Assembly: GCA_963674865.2 (NCBI GenBank)
Contig: CAXXYE010000004.1
Location: forward strand, 64,001 to 128,000
DNA length: 64,000 nt
Direction: 5' to 3'
Origin: Candidatus Hydrogenedentota bacterium
GTDB lineage: Bacteria > Hydrogenedentota > Hydrogenedentia > Hydrogenedentales > SLHB01
Position 1 is the stretch's first letter; each line of letters starts with the position of its first letter. Below are positions 1 to 9,541 of this stretch, one piece after another. The notes beneath the pieces were generated by a model. The model had not been told where the DNA came from. It made no database searches and saw only the letters and a list, made by a program, of their open reading frames with translations. A program made the translations under genes and the position numbers.

Positions 1-945
1 AGCATGGGGCCTGTGGCCTGGTTATTGGTTCAGGCGGGCACGCTTCACGTTGGTGACGTTGTTCTTGCCGGTTCCGCTTACGGGCGCGTGCGCGCCATGC
101 AGAACTCGCGCGGCGACAACGTCGAAGAGGCTGGCCCCGCGACTCCCGTCGCCGTAACGGGCCTTAATTCACTGCCCGATGCCGGCGATGTGTTCGTAGC
201 TGTGCCTGACGAGCGCGTGGCCCGGGCGGTTGCGACGCAGCGTGAGCAATTGGCACGGCGCAAGCAGGGCCCGGCTGTGCGCCACATCACTCTAGAAGAC
301 TTTCACGAGCGCATGCTGGCCGGTGAGAAGCGCGAGCTTAACGTGGTTCTCAAGGCTGATGTTCAGGGCTCCGTGGACGTACTCGAGTCCAGCCTGGCGA
401 AGGTAGGCAACGAGGAAGTTCATGTATCGCTGGTTCATACCGGCGTGGGGAGTATCAACGAATCCGACGTGCTCCTGGCCAGTGCGAGCGATGCCGTGGT
501 GATAGGTTTCCACGTGACGGCCAATGCGAAGGTCCAGAAAATGGCCGAGCAGGAAGGCGTGGACATTCACACCTACCGGGTCATCTACGAGGCGATTGAA
601 GATGTTCGCAAGGCGCTCGAGGGGTTGTTGGCCCCCGAGAAGCGGGAGGTCGTCACCGGCCATGTAGAAATCCGCGAGGTCTTCCGCTCCTCTGCCCTCG
701 GAAACATTGCCGGGTGTTACGTCCAGGATGGCGAAGTCAATCGTGCGTCGCTCATTCGGGTGGTGCGTGACGGTGTCGTGGTATACGAAGGCAAGATTCA
801 GTCCTTGCGGCGCGGCAGAGAAGATGTCCGTGACGTTCAGTCCGGCTTTGAATGCGGCATCAAGGTCGAGAAGTTCGAGGATATCAAGGTGGGCGACATA
901 CTCGAAGCCTACCGGGTGGACTCGGTTGCGAAGACATTGGCCTAG
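1..945 (+). CDS. infB: Translation initiation factor IF-2, C-terminal part (truncated by window start)
   Basis: LKADVQGS, GVGSINESDV, IAGCYV, GFECGI motifs; upstream of rbfA/truB. Confidence 0.97.
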   Translation, partial: SMGPVAWLLVQAGTLHVGDVVLAGSAYGRVRAMQNSRGDNVEEAGPATPVAVTGLNSLPDAGDVFVAVPDERVARAVATQREQLARRKQGPAVRHITLEDFHERMLAGEKRELNVVLKADVQGSVDVLESSLAKVGNEEVHVSLVHTGVGSINESDVLLASASDAVVIGFHVTANAKVQKMAEQEGVDIHTYRVIYEAIEDVRKALEGLLAPEKREVVTGHVEIREVFRSSALGNIAGCYVQDGEVNRASLIRVVRDGVVVYEGKIQSLRRGREDVRDVQSGFECGIKVEKFEDIKVGDILEAYRVDSVAKTLA

Positions 946-1073
946 CGGCCAATCGAGCGGCGAATGGCCGGGTTTTGCGATCGCTAGCTTTGGTACAGAG
1001 AGATTTCCTAGCGCCCTCCGGACGTGTTCCCGCCCCAGGTCGGGCCGTCAGGCCGCACTGCTAGGGTGGTTTC

Positions 1074-1355
1074 GTGACAATTGGCGTGCTTGAGTTTGAA
1101 TTGCTCATTCCCGGAGCGAGGGCTCTGAAGGATAAGCGCCGGGCGCTGAAGAGCCTCAAGCAGTTGCTGCACAACCGCTTCAATTGCTCCGTCGCCGAGA
1201 CGGGCCACAAAGACCTATGGGGCCGGGCAGAGCTGGTCGTATGTGTTGTTTCAGACGACAGTAGGCACGTCAATTCCCAGCTCGACGCCGTGGTGCGGTT
1301 TGTATCGGGCAAGCACGATGTCGAGATCCTCGACTATGGAATTGAGATGTTATGA
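1074..1355 (+). CDS. DUF503 (YlxP) family protein
   Basis: LKDKRR..KS..FNCSVAE pattern; usual position between infB and rbfA. Confidence 0.9.
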   Translation: MTIGVLEFELLIPGARALKDKRRALKSLKQLLHNRFNCSVAETGHKDLWGRAELVVCVVSDDSRHVNSQLDAVVRFVSGKHDVEILDYGIEML

Positions 1356-1708
1356 CGCGAAAGAACAGACCTAAACGGGTCGGGGAACTCGTCCGGGAAG
1401 AGATTGCAGGCCTGTTGATGAAGGGCCTGAAAGATCCGCGGATCGGTTTTGTCTCGGTTATGGACGTCCAGATGTCGCGCGATCTACGCGTGGCGAGCGT
1501 GTACGTGAGTCTCTACGGTTCCGAGGCAGAGAAGAAGAGTTCTCTCGTCGGGTTGCGTCATTCGGCCGCTTGGCTTCGGCGCGAGGTGGGGCAGCGGCTC
1601 GCTCTCCGTTTTGCTCCGGAGATCCGGTTTTTTGAGGACAAGACGCTCGATCGGGTGTTTCACCTCGATGAGGTCTTCCGCCGTATGCATGATGAGGAAG
1701 AGGAATAG
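1352..1708 (+). CDS. rbfA: Ribosome-binding factor A
   Basis: KDPRIG..V..SRDL..A.VY and LRFAPE motifs; synteny. Confidence 0.95.
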   Translation: MTRKNRPKRVGELVREEIAGLLMKGLKDPRIGFVSVMDVQMSRDLRVASVYVSLYGSEAEKKSSLVGLRHSAAWLRREVGQRLALRFAPEIRFFEDKTLDRVFHLDEVFRRMHDEEEE

Positions 1709-1712
1709 GGCG

Positions 1713-2693
1713 ATGGCGTCTATCGACCTTGCCGGGATCGCGGCGATATGCCGCGATGCGGATTCTTTTCTTCTGACGACCCATGTGGCTGCGGACGGTG
1801 ATGCCCTCGGGAGCATGCTGGCGGTCTATCACCTGCTGAAGGGCCTTGGGAAGCGCCGTGTGGCCTGCGCCATCGAGGGGCCTGTGCCGCGTATTTACCA
1901 GTGGCTTCCTGGCGTCAAGCAGGTGCGGGAATCCTCCGAAGGCGATACTGGACAAGAAGTTGTGATTGTGGTTGATGTGTCCCGCCGCGACCGGCTTGGT
2001 GCGGCGGCCGACCTGATAAGCCCGGACGCCAAGGTGGTCGTCATCGACCATCATCTGGACGATGATCCCTTCGGCGATTTCACCTTCATTGACCCTTCAT
2101 ACGCGGCTGTGGGAGAGATTATCGTCGAGCTTTTTGATGCGGTGAAGAAGCCGCTGTGTCGTGACGCCGCGACGTGTGCTTATGTAGCCCTGGCGACCGA
2201 TACCGGGGGATTTCGCTTCTCAAATACGAGCGCGCGTTCCCATCGCATCGCCGCCCGACTGGTAGACGCGGGCATTGACGTGCGGAATATCTCGTCCCGT
2301 GTGTTCGACGCCATGTCAATGGCCAAGTTCCGTCTCATGATGCGCGTCTTGGAGAAGGTTCATTTTTGCTACGACGGCCATGTAGCCGTTGTGGAGTTGA
2401 CGGAGCAGGATCTGCGCGATACCGGCGCCGAAGAGGAAGACACCGATGGGCTTATCAACTTGGCCCGGAATGTTGAAGGAGTAGAAGTGGCGATTCTTTT
2501 CCGCGAAGTCGACGCGGCGACGACCAAGATCAGTTTTCGTTCCAAGCAGACGTTCAACTCGGCGGATTTCCTCCGCCAATTCGGTGGCGGGGGCCACGCC
2601 GCCGCCGCCGGCGCGACCCTTCCCAGACCTTTGGCGGAGGCGCGCGAGGCCATACTGCAGCGGGTCGGTGCGTTGGTGGGAGGCAAGACGTGA
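1713..2693 (+). CDS. nrnA: DHH/DHHA1 phosphoesterase (NanoRNase/pAp phosphatase)
   Basis: DGDALGS, IDHH, DTGGF, GGGGHAAAAG motifs; start placed at ATG 1713 just after the rbfA stop. Confidence 0.9.
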   Translation: MASIDLAGIAAICRDADSFLLTTHVAADGDALGSMLAVYHLLKGLGKRRVACAIEGPVPRIYQWLPGVKQVRESSEGDTGQEVVIVVDVSRRDRLGAAADLISPDAKVVVIDHHLDDDPFGDFTFIDPSYAAVGEIIVELFDAVKKPLCRDAATCAYVALATDTGGFRFSNTSARSHRIAARLVDAGIDVRNISSRVFDAMSMAKFRLMMRVLEKVHFCYDGHVAVVELTEQDLRDTGAEEEDTDGLINLARNVEGVEVAILFREVDAATTKISFRSKQTFNSADFLRQFGGGGHAAAAGATLPRPLAEAREAILQRVGALVGGKT

Positions 2694-3586
2694 AAGGGAT
2701 TCTGCTTGTCGACAAACCCTCCGGCCTGACCTCGCACGATGTTGTCGACCGGGTGCGCCGGGCCGCGCACACACGCCGCGTCGGACACACTGGCACGCTC
2801 GACCCTGCCGCCACCGGACTCTTGGTGTTATGCCTGGGGGCGGCGACCCGGTTGTCGCAGGTGCTCACCGCTATGGACAAAGTCTACGAAGGCTCGATGC
2901 GCCTGGGCGTCGTGACGGATTCGCACGATATGGATGGCAAGGTTCTGGCAGAGAGCCCCGTACCCGACCTGACCGCCGACGTCCTTGAGGCGGCCTTGGC
3001 GAAGTACACCGGCTCCCTGCTCCAAGTGCCGCCGATGGTTAGTGCTGTAAAGATTGATGGGGAAAGACTTTACAAGAAGGCGCGGAAGGGCGAGACCGTT
3101 GAGAGAGCGCCCCGGCCTGTGACTGTCCACGAGTTCGCCTTACTTGGATACGAACCCCCGGAGGCTCGGTTCCGGGTGCGTTGTACGCGAGGCACCTATG
3201 TGCGGACGCTTTGCCATGACGTTGGGCAAGACCTCGGATGTGGGGCGACGCTCGCACTGCTACGCCGGACGTGGGTCGGCCATCACAGTGTTGAGCAGGC
3301 CACGCCGCTGGATGCGCTCCAAACGCCCGACGACGTGCAGGCCCACCTGGTACCCATGGGGGAGGCTCTCGACCTGCCGGCGGTGATCGTTCGCGAAGCG
3401 AGCCGAGGGGCGGTGGCATCAGGAGGGCCATTGGCCCGGAAGGACTTGAAGGCCACGTGTTCGACCTGCGACGGGTGGATTCAGATCAAGGCTGAATCAG
3501 GGGAGCTGCTAGCTCTGGGCCAAGTCGAATCGGGCCCGCTCGGTCTTTTCATCCAACCCAAGCGGGTGTTCTGCGGGCGGCCATGA
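2690..3586 (+). CDS. truB: tRNA pseudouridine(55) synthase
   Basis: DKPSGLTSHD, GHTGTLDP.ATG, GTYVRTL motifs. Confidence 0.96.
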   Translation: MKGILLVDKPSGLTSHDVVDRVRRAAHTRRVGHTGTLDPAATGLLVLCLGAATRLSQVLTAMDKVYEGSMRLGVVTDSHDMDGKVLAESPVPDLTADVLEAALAKYTGSLLQVPPMVSAVKIDGERLYKKARKGETVERAPRPVTVHEFALLGYEPPEARFRVRCTRGTYVRTLCHDVGQDLGCGATLALLRRTWVGHHSVEQATPLDALQTPDDVQAHLVPMGEALDLPAVIVREASRGAVASGGPLARKDLKATCSTCDGWIQIKAESGELLALGQVESGPLGLFIQPKRVFCGRP

Positions 3587-4515
3587 GGGTCGTCGAGGAT
3601 GTCAGCCAGGTAAATTCCTCCTTCCCCCACCTTGTCCTCACCATAGGCAGTTTCGACGGCGTCCACCTCGGGCATCGGCGTATTCTCGACGAGGTTACGA
3701 GATCGGCCCGGACGGCCGGGGGCTCGGCTGCTGTGCTTACCTTGCGGCCGCACCCTCGGCAGGTATTTTCGCCGGACCACGCGCCCAATCTACTCACTTC
3801 CGAGTCTCACAAGTTGCGTCTCATCGAGGAAGCGGGCATGGATGTCGTGTTTTTTCTCCCTTTTGGCGGAGAGGTGGCCGGCATGAATCGGATGGACTTC
3901 CTGCGGTGCATCATTCTTGAGCATTGCGGCGCCAGGGAGGTGGTTGTTGGGCACGATTTCCGCTTTGGTAAGGATGCATCGGGCGATTATCATTTCCTCT
4001 GCGCCCAGAGTGCGCAATGCGGGCTGGTGGTGCGACAGGTTCCGCCTCTCTTCATAGATGGCGAACGCGTGAGCAGTACGCTCATACGGGAGCAGATTCT
4101 GCAAGGCGACCTCGAGCGTGCCGGAGCCTTCCTAGGGCGGAGATTCTCGATGGTGGGCGTCGTCACGCCCGGACGCGGGATCGGCGCGCAACTCGGATTT
4201 CCGACGGCGAACATCCGGCCGGGAGACCTCGTTACTCCGGCGCAAGGCGTCTACGTGGCCGAAGTCCGCGTCGGCCCCAGGCGCTATAAGGCCGCCGTCA
4301 ACATTGGCGTTGCGCCGACCATTCGTCATGAAGATACTATTCTCGAGGCGCACCTCCTCGGTTTCTCCGGCAACCTGGAGGGGCAGGAGATCGAGGTTGT
4401 GTTTCTGAAGCGGCTGCGACCAGAGAAAAAGTTCCCCTCTCACGATGCATTGATGGAGCAGATTGGACGGGACATTGAGGCGGTACGGACTCATTTCGCC
4501 GAGACGGCTGAATAG
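3583..4515 (+). CDS. ribF: Bifunctional riboflavin kinase/FAD synthetase
   Basis: G.FDGVHLGH, VSST.IR, GFPTAN, EAHL motifs. Confidence 0.96.
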   Translation: MRVVEDVSQVNSSFPHLVLTIGSFDGVHLGHRRILDEVTRSARTAGGSAAVLTLRPHPRQVFSPDHAPNLLTSESHKLRLIEEAGMDVVFFLPFGGEVAGMNRMDFLRCIILEHCGAREVVVGHDFRFGKDASGDYHFLCAQSAQCGLVVRQVPPLFIDGERVSSTLIREQILQGDLERAGAFLGRRFSMVGVVTPGRGIGAQLGFPTANIRPGDLVTPAQGVYVAEVRVGPRRYKAAVNIGVAPTIRHEDTILEAHLLGFSGNLEGQEIEVVFLKRLRPEKKFPSHDALMEQIGRDIEAVRTHFAETAE

Positions 4516-4839
4516 AGTTGCCTAGGCGGCTGTAGTTTGGGCGTATGACGCCCGGCACGACGCGTCCAGGGGCTCAAGTCTGAGTCACCTTACCGCGTCC
4601 GCCAACGTCTTATAATGGGTTCGTCTTTCTCTGCGAGATGGAGGCAATTGATCGCACGCCGCGAACTTGCTCATGTGTAATGAGCAAAGTGCGATTACAT
4701 GCCGCAGCGGAGTATGCCGCGTCATCTCCGAGGCGACTTGGGACGTGTCTTAAGTAAGGAGGTCCCTGTTCCGAGGTCGGGGATCTCGTAGTATGGCCTG
4801 TGTCAGCCCTCAAGACGTAACCTGAAAGGATCTCCAACG

Positions 4840-6714
4840 GTGCCGAAACAAGGTTTGTCCGCTATAAGTAAGGCGGCTGTGGTCTGCGCCTTCGTGTGCC
4901 TCGTGTCCTGCTCGACAACCCATTACAAAGAATCCGCTGATCGCGAGGTCTACCGTCTCTTGGCCGCCAAGGGGGCGGCCGTGCCCGGCATGGAGGCCAA
5001 CTTCACCATCGAGGCTGCCGAGATTCAACTCGAAGGACTCCCGGTCATGGCCGAAGAGGCCACGGTTGAGTTCGGCGACGGTACAAGGGACAAGTTCCTC
5101 GGGGAGGCGGGGCAAGCCGAAGTCGGCGCCCACATCATCTCCTTGGCCAAATCCCTTGAGTTCGCCGTGAAGAATGGCCGTGAGTACCAGTCGAGGAAGG
5201 AATCGGTCTATCTCCAAGCCCTAGGCTTCACCGAGACCCGGCAGGATTACCGGCCGGTTTTCTCAGGCTCCGCCAGTGGCGCCCTTTCGGCGGAGGCTAC
5301 GGATGTCTCGAAGCAGACGGGAATGGCCCAGGCCGCTGAAGGGGCGCCGGAGCTCATTGCTGCTGTAGGGGAACTTGTGGGCACCCCGGCCGATCTACTG
5401 AGTAGCTACGCCAATCTCGTCGGCGCCACCGTTGCCGTCACGGGGATAGCGGAGCCCTACACCGCGATTCACCAGGAGCGAGATATCTCCGGCCGGACCA
5501 CCCTGGGCGTCAACATGCTGATGAGAACGGGCACCGAGATCGCCGTGGGGCTCACGTCGAACTTCCTGCGCTTCTTGACGGGGGATCCGAACGTAAGTAC
5601 CTCCTCGGCCCTCGTGGCAAGCATTCAGCAACCTCTTCTCGGGTCGAGCAGGCGCACCGCCGCCGAAACGCTGACGCAGGCTGAACGTGACTTGCTTTAT
5701 AGCCTTCGGTCGTTTGCCCGGTTTAGGCAGAGCTACGCCATTGATATCGCATCGGACTACTACCGCGTGTTGCAGTGGCGAGACCAGGTGCGAAACGCCT
5801 ACCTCGGATACCACGCCTTCAAGAAGAACCTCGAACGTTCCGAGGCGGAAGCGGAAGCCGGAAGGATTACGAAGACCGCTCTCGGGAGAACGAAGGAGGA
5901 GGAACTACGCTCCAGGAATACCTGGGTGACGGCGATCCAGTCGTACAAAGACAGTCTGGACGAGTTCAAGATTCGCCTCGGGCTCTCGACGGATGCCCAG
6001 GTGGTGTTGGATGACAAGGAACTCGAGCACCTGCGCGAGCTCGGCTTGATGTCGCCGCCGCCCTTCTCCCTTGAGGATGCAACTCAGGTGGCTTTTGCCG
6101 CCCGTCTGGATTACTACACGGAGCGCGACCAGCTTGATGATTCGGCCCGCAAGCTCGGCTTGGCGGCGGATGGGTTGATGCCGGATATTGACCTGGCTTT
6201 CGATGCCTTCGTCAACAGTCCGGACGGAGATCGCTTCCAGGAGCTGGACTTCAAGCGCTATGCGTGGGATTTGGGTTTGGACGTAAACCCGAAGCTTAAC
6301 CGCAAGCCATATCGCAATAACTACCGGAAGGCCTTGATCGGTTATGCGGCGACCCGCCGTGATTTCGAGGAGTATGAGGACAATATCAAGCTGGAATTGC
6401 GTCAGGCGTGGCGCGCCCTCGAGCAGGCGCGCGTCGCCTTCGAGATCCAGCAGAGCTCGGTGGCTGAGAGTGAGCGCCGTGTCCTTCAGGAGGAACTACT
6501 CTTTGAAGCCGGCCGCGGTGACGCACTCGACCAAATCGACGCGCAGAACGCCCTCAACAGCGCGCGAAATGGGCTTTCCGAGGAGCTTGTCAACCACACG
6601 ATTACGAATCTGCGCCTTTGGCGGGACATGGGCATTCTCTACATCAAGGAAGATGGCCAATGGGAGGACGTAACCGATGTCGAGCAGTACACCAAGCCGG
6701 AACCGTCCGCTTAG
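4840..6714 (+). CDS. TolC-family outer membrane efflux lipoprotein
   Basis: Lipobox-like LVSC, long helical OEP-like repeats, first gene of an efflux operon. Confidence 0.8.
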   Translation: MPKQGLSAISKAAVVCAFVCLVSCSTTHYKESADREVYRLLAAKGAAVPGMEANFTIEAAEIQLEGLPVMAEEATVEFGDGTRDKFLGEAGQAEVGAHIISLAKSLEFAVKNGREYQSRKESVYLQALGFTETRQDYRPVFSGSASGALSAEATDVSKQTGMAQAAEGAPELIAAVGELVGTPADLLSSYANLVGATVAVTGIAEPYTAIHQERDISGRTTLGVNMLMRTGTEIAVGLTSNFLRFLTGDPNVSTSSALVASIQQPLLGSSRRTAAETLTQAERDLLYSLRSFARFRQSYAIDIASDYYRVLQWRDQVRNAYLGYHAFKKNLERSEAEAEAGRITKTALGRTKEEELRSRNTWVTAIQSYKDSLDEFKIRLGLSTDAQVVLDDKELEHLRELGLMSPPPFSLEDATQVAFAARLDYYTERDQLDDSARKLGLAADGLMPDIDLAFDAFVNSPDGDRFQELDFKRYAWDLGLDVNPKLNRKPYRNNYRKALIGYAATRRDFEEYEDNIKLELRQAWRALEQARVAFEIQQSSVAESERRVLQEELLFEAGRGDALDQIDAQNALNSARNGLSEELVNHTITNLRLWRDMGILYIKEDGQWEDVTDVEQYTKPEPSA

Positions 6715-8812
6715 ACGTCTTCTACACTCTCGTTTTCTCTGGATAACGGGTGGTGTCATTCTCATCTTGGTTATCGGCTCCTCACTCTTCGGCGGGGAAG
6801 AGGAGGCGAGTGCAAGCGCGACAACCTTCGAGGTGCGCCGAGGCAACCTGTCCATCACGGTTGTCGAGGGGGGGAATGCGGAGTCTCTCGAGCCGCAAAC
6901 CATCAAGTGCGAAGTAAAAGGGCGTGAGGGGGTGAAGATCATCTCCATCGTCGACGAGGGATACCGCGTCACGAAAGGGGATGTCGAGGATAAGAAACTG
7001 CTCGTGGAACTCGACTCCTCGGAACTCGAAGACCGCATTAGGGAGCAGGAAATAAAGTACCAGACCGCCAAAGCCAGTCTTTCGGAGGCCCAACAGAAGT
7101 ATGAGATCCAGGAGAAGCAAAACGAGACGGATATTCAAGCGGCCGAGCGTGAGGCCAAGTTCAAGGGCATGGATCTTCAGAAGTATCTGGGGGATGTCCT
7201 GGCCGACGAGTTGATCGCCTCGCTGCATAGTCGCCGTGCCGCGGAGGAGGCCGGAGAAGTGGCGCGCGCCGCCGAAGAGGCGGCGAAGTCGGCTGAAGAG
7301 GCTGCCAAGGAGCAGCAGGCCGCGTTCGATAAGGCCACGGAAGAAGCGGAGAAGAATAAGGACTCTGCCGGCGCCGATGCGACGCCGGCCGCCGCGGATG
7401 GCCCCGCCGATGCGGCCGAGGAGAAGAAAGGCGAGAGCCAAGATGAATCCTCCGCAGATGCCGCTGTGACTCCGCCAGCGGAGAATCCGCCGGACAGGAT
7501 CGCCGAGACCAAATCCGAGCCTCCAAAGGAGATCCCTGAAGGCCCCGACCTCGACGCGTTGGCAAAGGCCGCCCGGGCGTCCGCCCAGAAAGCCGAGGAA
7601 GCTCGCAAGGCTGCGGAGGGAGCTTACAAGAGATTCGCCGAAGCTACGGAAGCGGCCCAAGGTCATGTGAAGGAGCGGGAGGGGGATAAGCGCTCCTTCG
7701 AGTCCGCTTTTGAACCTTTTGATTTCCGGCCGCTTTCCGACGATGCGCGGCTTGGGGGGGAGGCGGATCAGGAACTCGACAAGCTGGTTACCGATATCCT
7801 CCTGGGGGAGGAGGAGCTTCTCGCCGCGCGGAAGAAGCTTGACGGTACACAGAAGCTCTTTGATAAGGACTTCGTTACCGAGGTGGACCTCGAACAGGAC
7901 AAAATGGCCGTCAAGCGGAAGGAGATCAGCCTGGATTCGGCGAAGGTGAGCAAAGACCTGTATCTCCGCTACAAATTCCCCAAACAGGCCGAGGAGTTGT
8001 TCTCGCAGTATGAGGAAGCGCTACGGAAGCTCGACCGAGTGAGGAAAGAGGCCGATACCAAGCTCCTCAATGCCAAGGTGAACGTAGACTCGTCGGACGC
8101 CCGTTTTCATGTACAGGAAAAGGCCAGGGATGAGGCGCTCGAACAGCGCGACAAGTGCAAGATCGTCGCCGAACACGAGGGACTCATTGTCTACGGCGAC
8201 AGCAACAACTGGTACTCATGGGGACGCGCCGAGCCGATTCGGCAGGGCTCGCGGGTCGGCCATCAACAGACGCTCCTGACGATACCTGATATCACGCAAA
8301 TGGCCGTGAAGGTGAAGATCCATGAGTCGGCCATCAAGAAGATCAAGAAAGGCCAGAAGGCCAAGATAACCGTCGAGGCATTTCCAGATGAGAATCTGTC
8401 CGGTGAAGTGACGAAAGTGGGCGTGCTGCCCAGTTCGGAAAACCGCTGGCTCAATCCCGATCTGAAGGTCTACGAGGTGACCATCTCCGTGGAGGGCGTG
8501 CACGAATGGCTGAAGCCCGGGATGACGGCCGAGGTTGAAATCGACATCAACACGCTCGAAGACGTTCTCTATGTGCCGCTCCAAGCCGTGTCGAGCCAGG
8601 GCGATGACCGCGTCTGCTTTCTCGCAAGTCACGATCAGCGCGTGGTGGAAACCGGCGAGTTCAACGACAACTACATTGAGATCAAAGAAGGGCTTGAGGA
8701 GGGAGATGTCATCCTCCTGCGTCCTCTCCGAGCGGATAGCGAAAAGGAGCCGGGGGACAAAGGCGGCGAGGCGAAGGAAGAGCAGTCCTCGGAAGATGAG
8801 ACCACAACCTAG
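6677..8812 (+). CDS. Efflux periplasmic adaptor (MacA-like membrane fusion protein) with a long low-complexity insertion
   Basis: N-terminal TM, lipoyl/beta-barrel signatures (LKPGMTAEVEI, VPLQAV, IEIKEGL). Confidence 0.85.
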   Translation: MSSSTPSRNRPLRRLLHSRFLWITGGVILILVIGSSLFGGEEEASASATTFEVRRGNLSITVVEGGNAESLEPQTIKCEVKGREGVKIISIVDEGYRVTKGDVEDKKLLVELDSSELEDRIREQEIKYQTAKASLSEAQQKYEIQEKQNETDIQAAEREAKFKGMDLQKYLGDVLADELIASLHSRRAAEEAGEVARAAEEAAKSAEEAAKEQQAAFDKATEEAEKNKDSAGADATPAAADGPADAAEEKKGESQDESSADAAVTPPAENPPDRIAETKSEPPKEIPEGPDLDALAKAARASAQKAEEARKAAEGAYKRFAEATEAAQGHVKEREGDKRSFESAFEPFDFRPLSDDARLGGEADQELDKLVTDILLGEEELLAARKKLDGTQKLFDKDFVTEVDLEQDKMAVKRKEISLDSAKVSKDLYLRYKFPKQAEELFSQYEEALRKLDRVRKEADTKLLNAKVNVDSSDARFHVQEKARDEALEQRDKCKIVAEHEGLIVYGDSNNWYSWGRAEPIRQGSRVGHQQTLLTIPDITQMAVKVKIHESAIKKIKKGQKAKITVEAFPDENLSGEVTKVGVLPSSENRWLNPDLKVYEVTISVEGVHEWLKPGMTAEVEIDINTLEDVLYVPLQAVSSQGDDRVCFLASHDQRVVETGEFNDNYIEIKEGLEEGDVILLRPLRADSEKEPGDKGGEAKEEQSSEDETTT

Positions 8813-8851
8813 GCGCGTTTCGCGGGGAACGACGGATTTCAGTGCGGCACT

Positions 8852-9541
8852 ATGGAAAACGTACACATCGCAAAGACCGAAGACCTCACCAAGACCTATA
8901 TGATGGGTGAAGTGAACGTCCAGGCTTTGCGGGGCGTGTCCATCGAGTTTCAGCAAGGTGATTATGTTGCCATCATGGGGCCTTCGGGCTGCGGTAAGTC
9001 GACGCTCCTTAACCTGCTAGGTTGTCTGGATCGCCCCACGTCGGGGCGGTACTACTTGGGCGAAGACGACGTATCCCGGCTGGATGACGATGCTCTCTCT
9101 ACGATTCGAGGCACGCGCATCGGCTTCATTTTTCAGTCGTATAACCTGATTCAGCAGTTGACGGTTCTCGAGAATATTGAGGTGCCGCTCTATTACCAGG
9201 GATACCGCGACGCGGAGAGCCGCCAACTGGCAGAGGACCTCGCCGGTGTCGTCGGATTGGAGCAACGCCTCGGCCACCGCCCCTACGAGCTTTCCGGCGG
9301 GCAGCAGCAGCGCGTGGCCATTGCGCGCGCCTTGGCCAACGACCCGCTCATTATTCTGGCCGATGAGCCCACGGGCAATCTGGATTCCGCGTCCGGCGCC
9401 GAGATCATGGACCTTTTTGCGGAACTCCACGAACTGGGCAAGACGCTCATCGTGGTTACCCATGAAGATGAGATTGGCAAGCGCGCCCGGCGCTTGATTA
9501 GGCTTCACGATGGACAAGTTGAGCAGGACACTCGCAACTAG
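8852..9541 (+). CDS. ABC transporter ATP-binding protein (MacB/LolD type)
   Basis: GPSGCGKS Walker [24 protein letters not shown]. Confidence 0.95.
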   Translation: MENVHIAKTEDLTKTYMMGEVNVQALRGVSIEFQQGDYVAIMGPSGCGKSTLLNLLGCLDRPTSGRYYLGEDDVSRLDDDALSTIRGTRIGFIFQSYNLIQQLTVLENIEVPLYYQGYRDAESRQLAEDLAGVVGLEQRLGHRPYELSGGQQQRVAIARALANDPLIILADEPTGNLDSASGAEIMDLFAELHELGKTLIVVTHEDEIGKRARRLIRLHDGQVEQDTRN

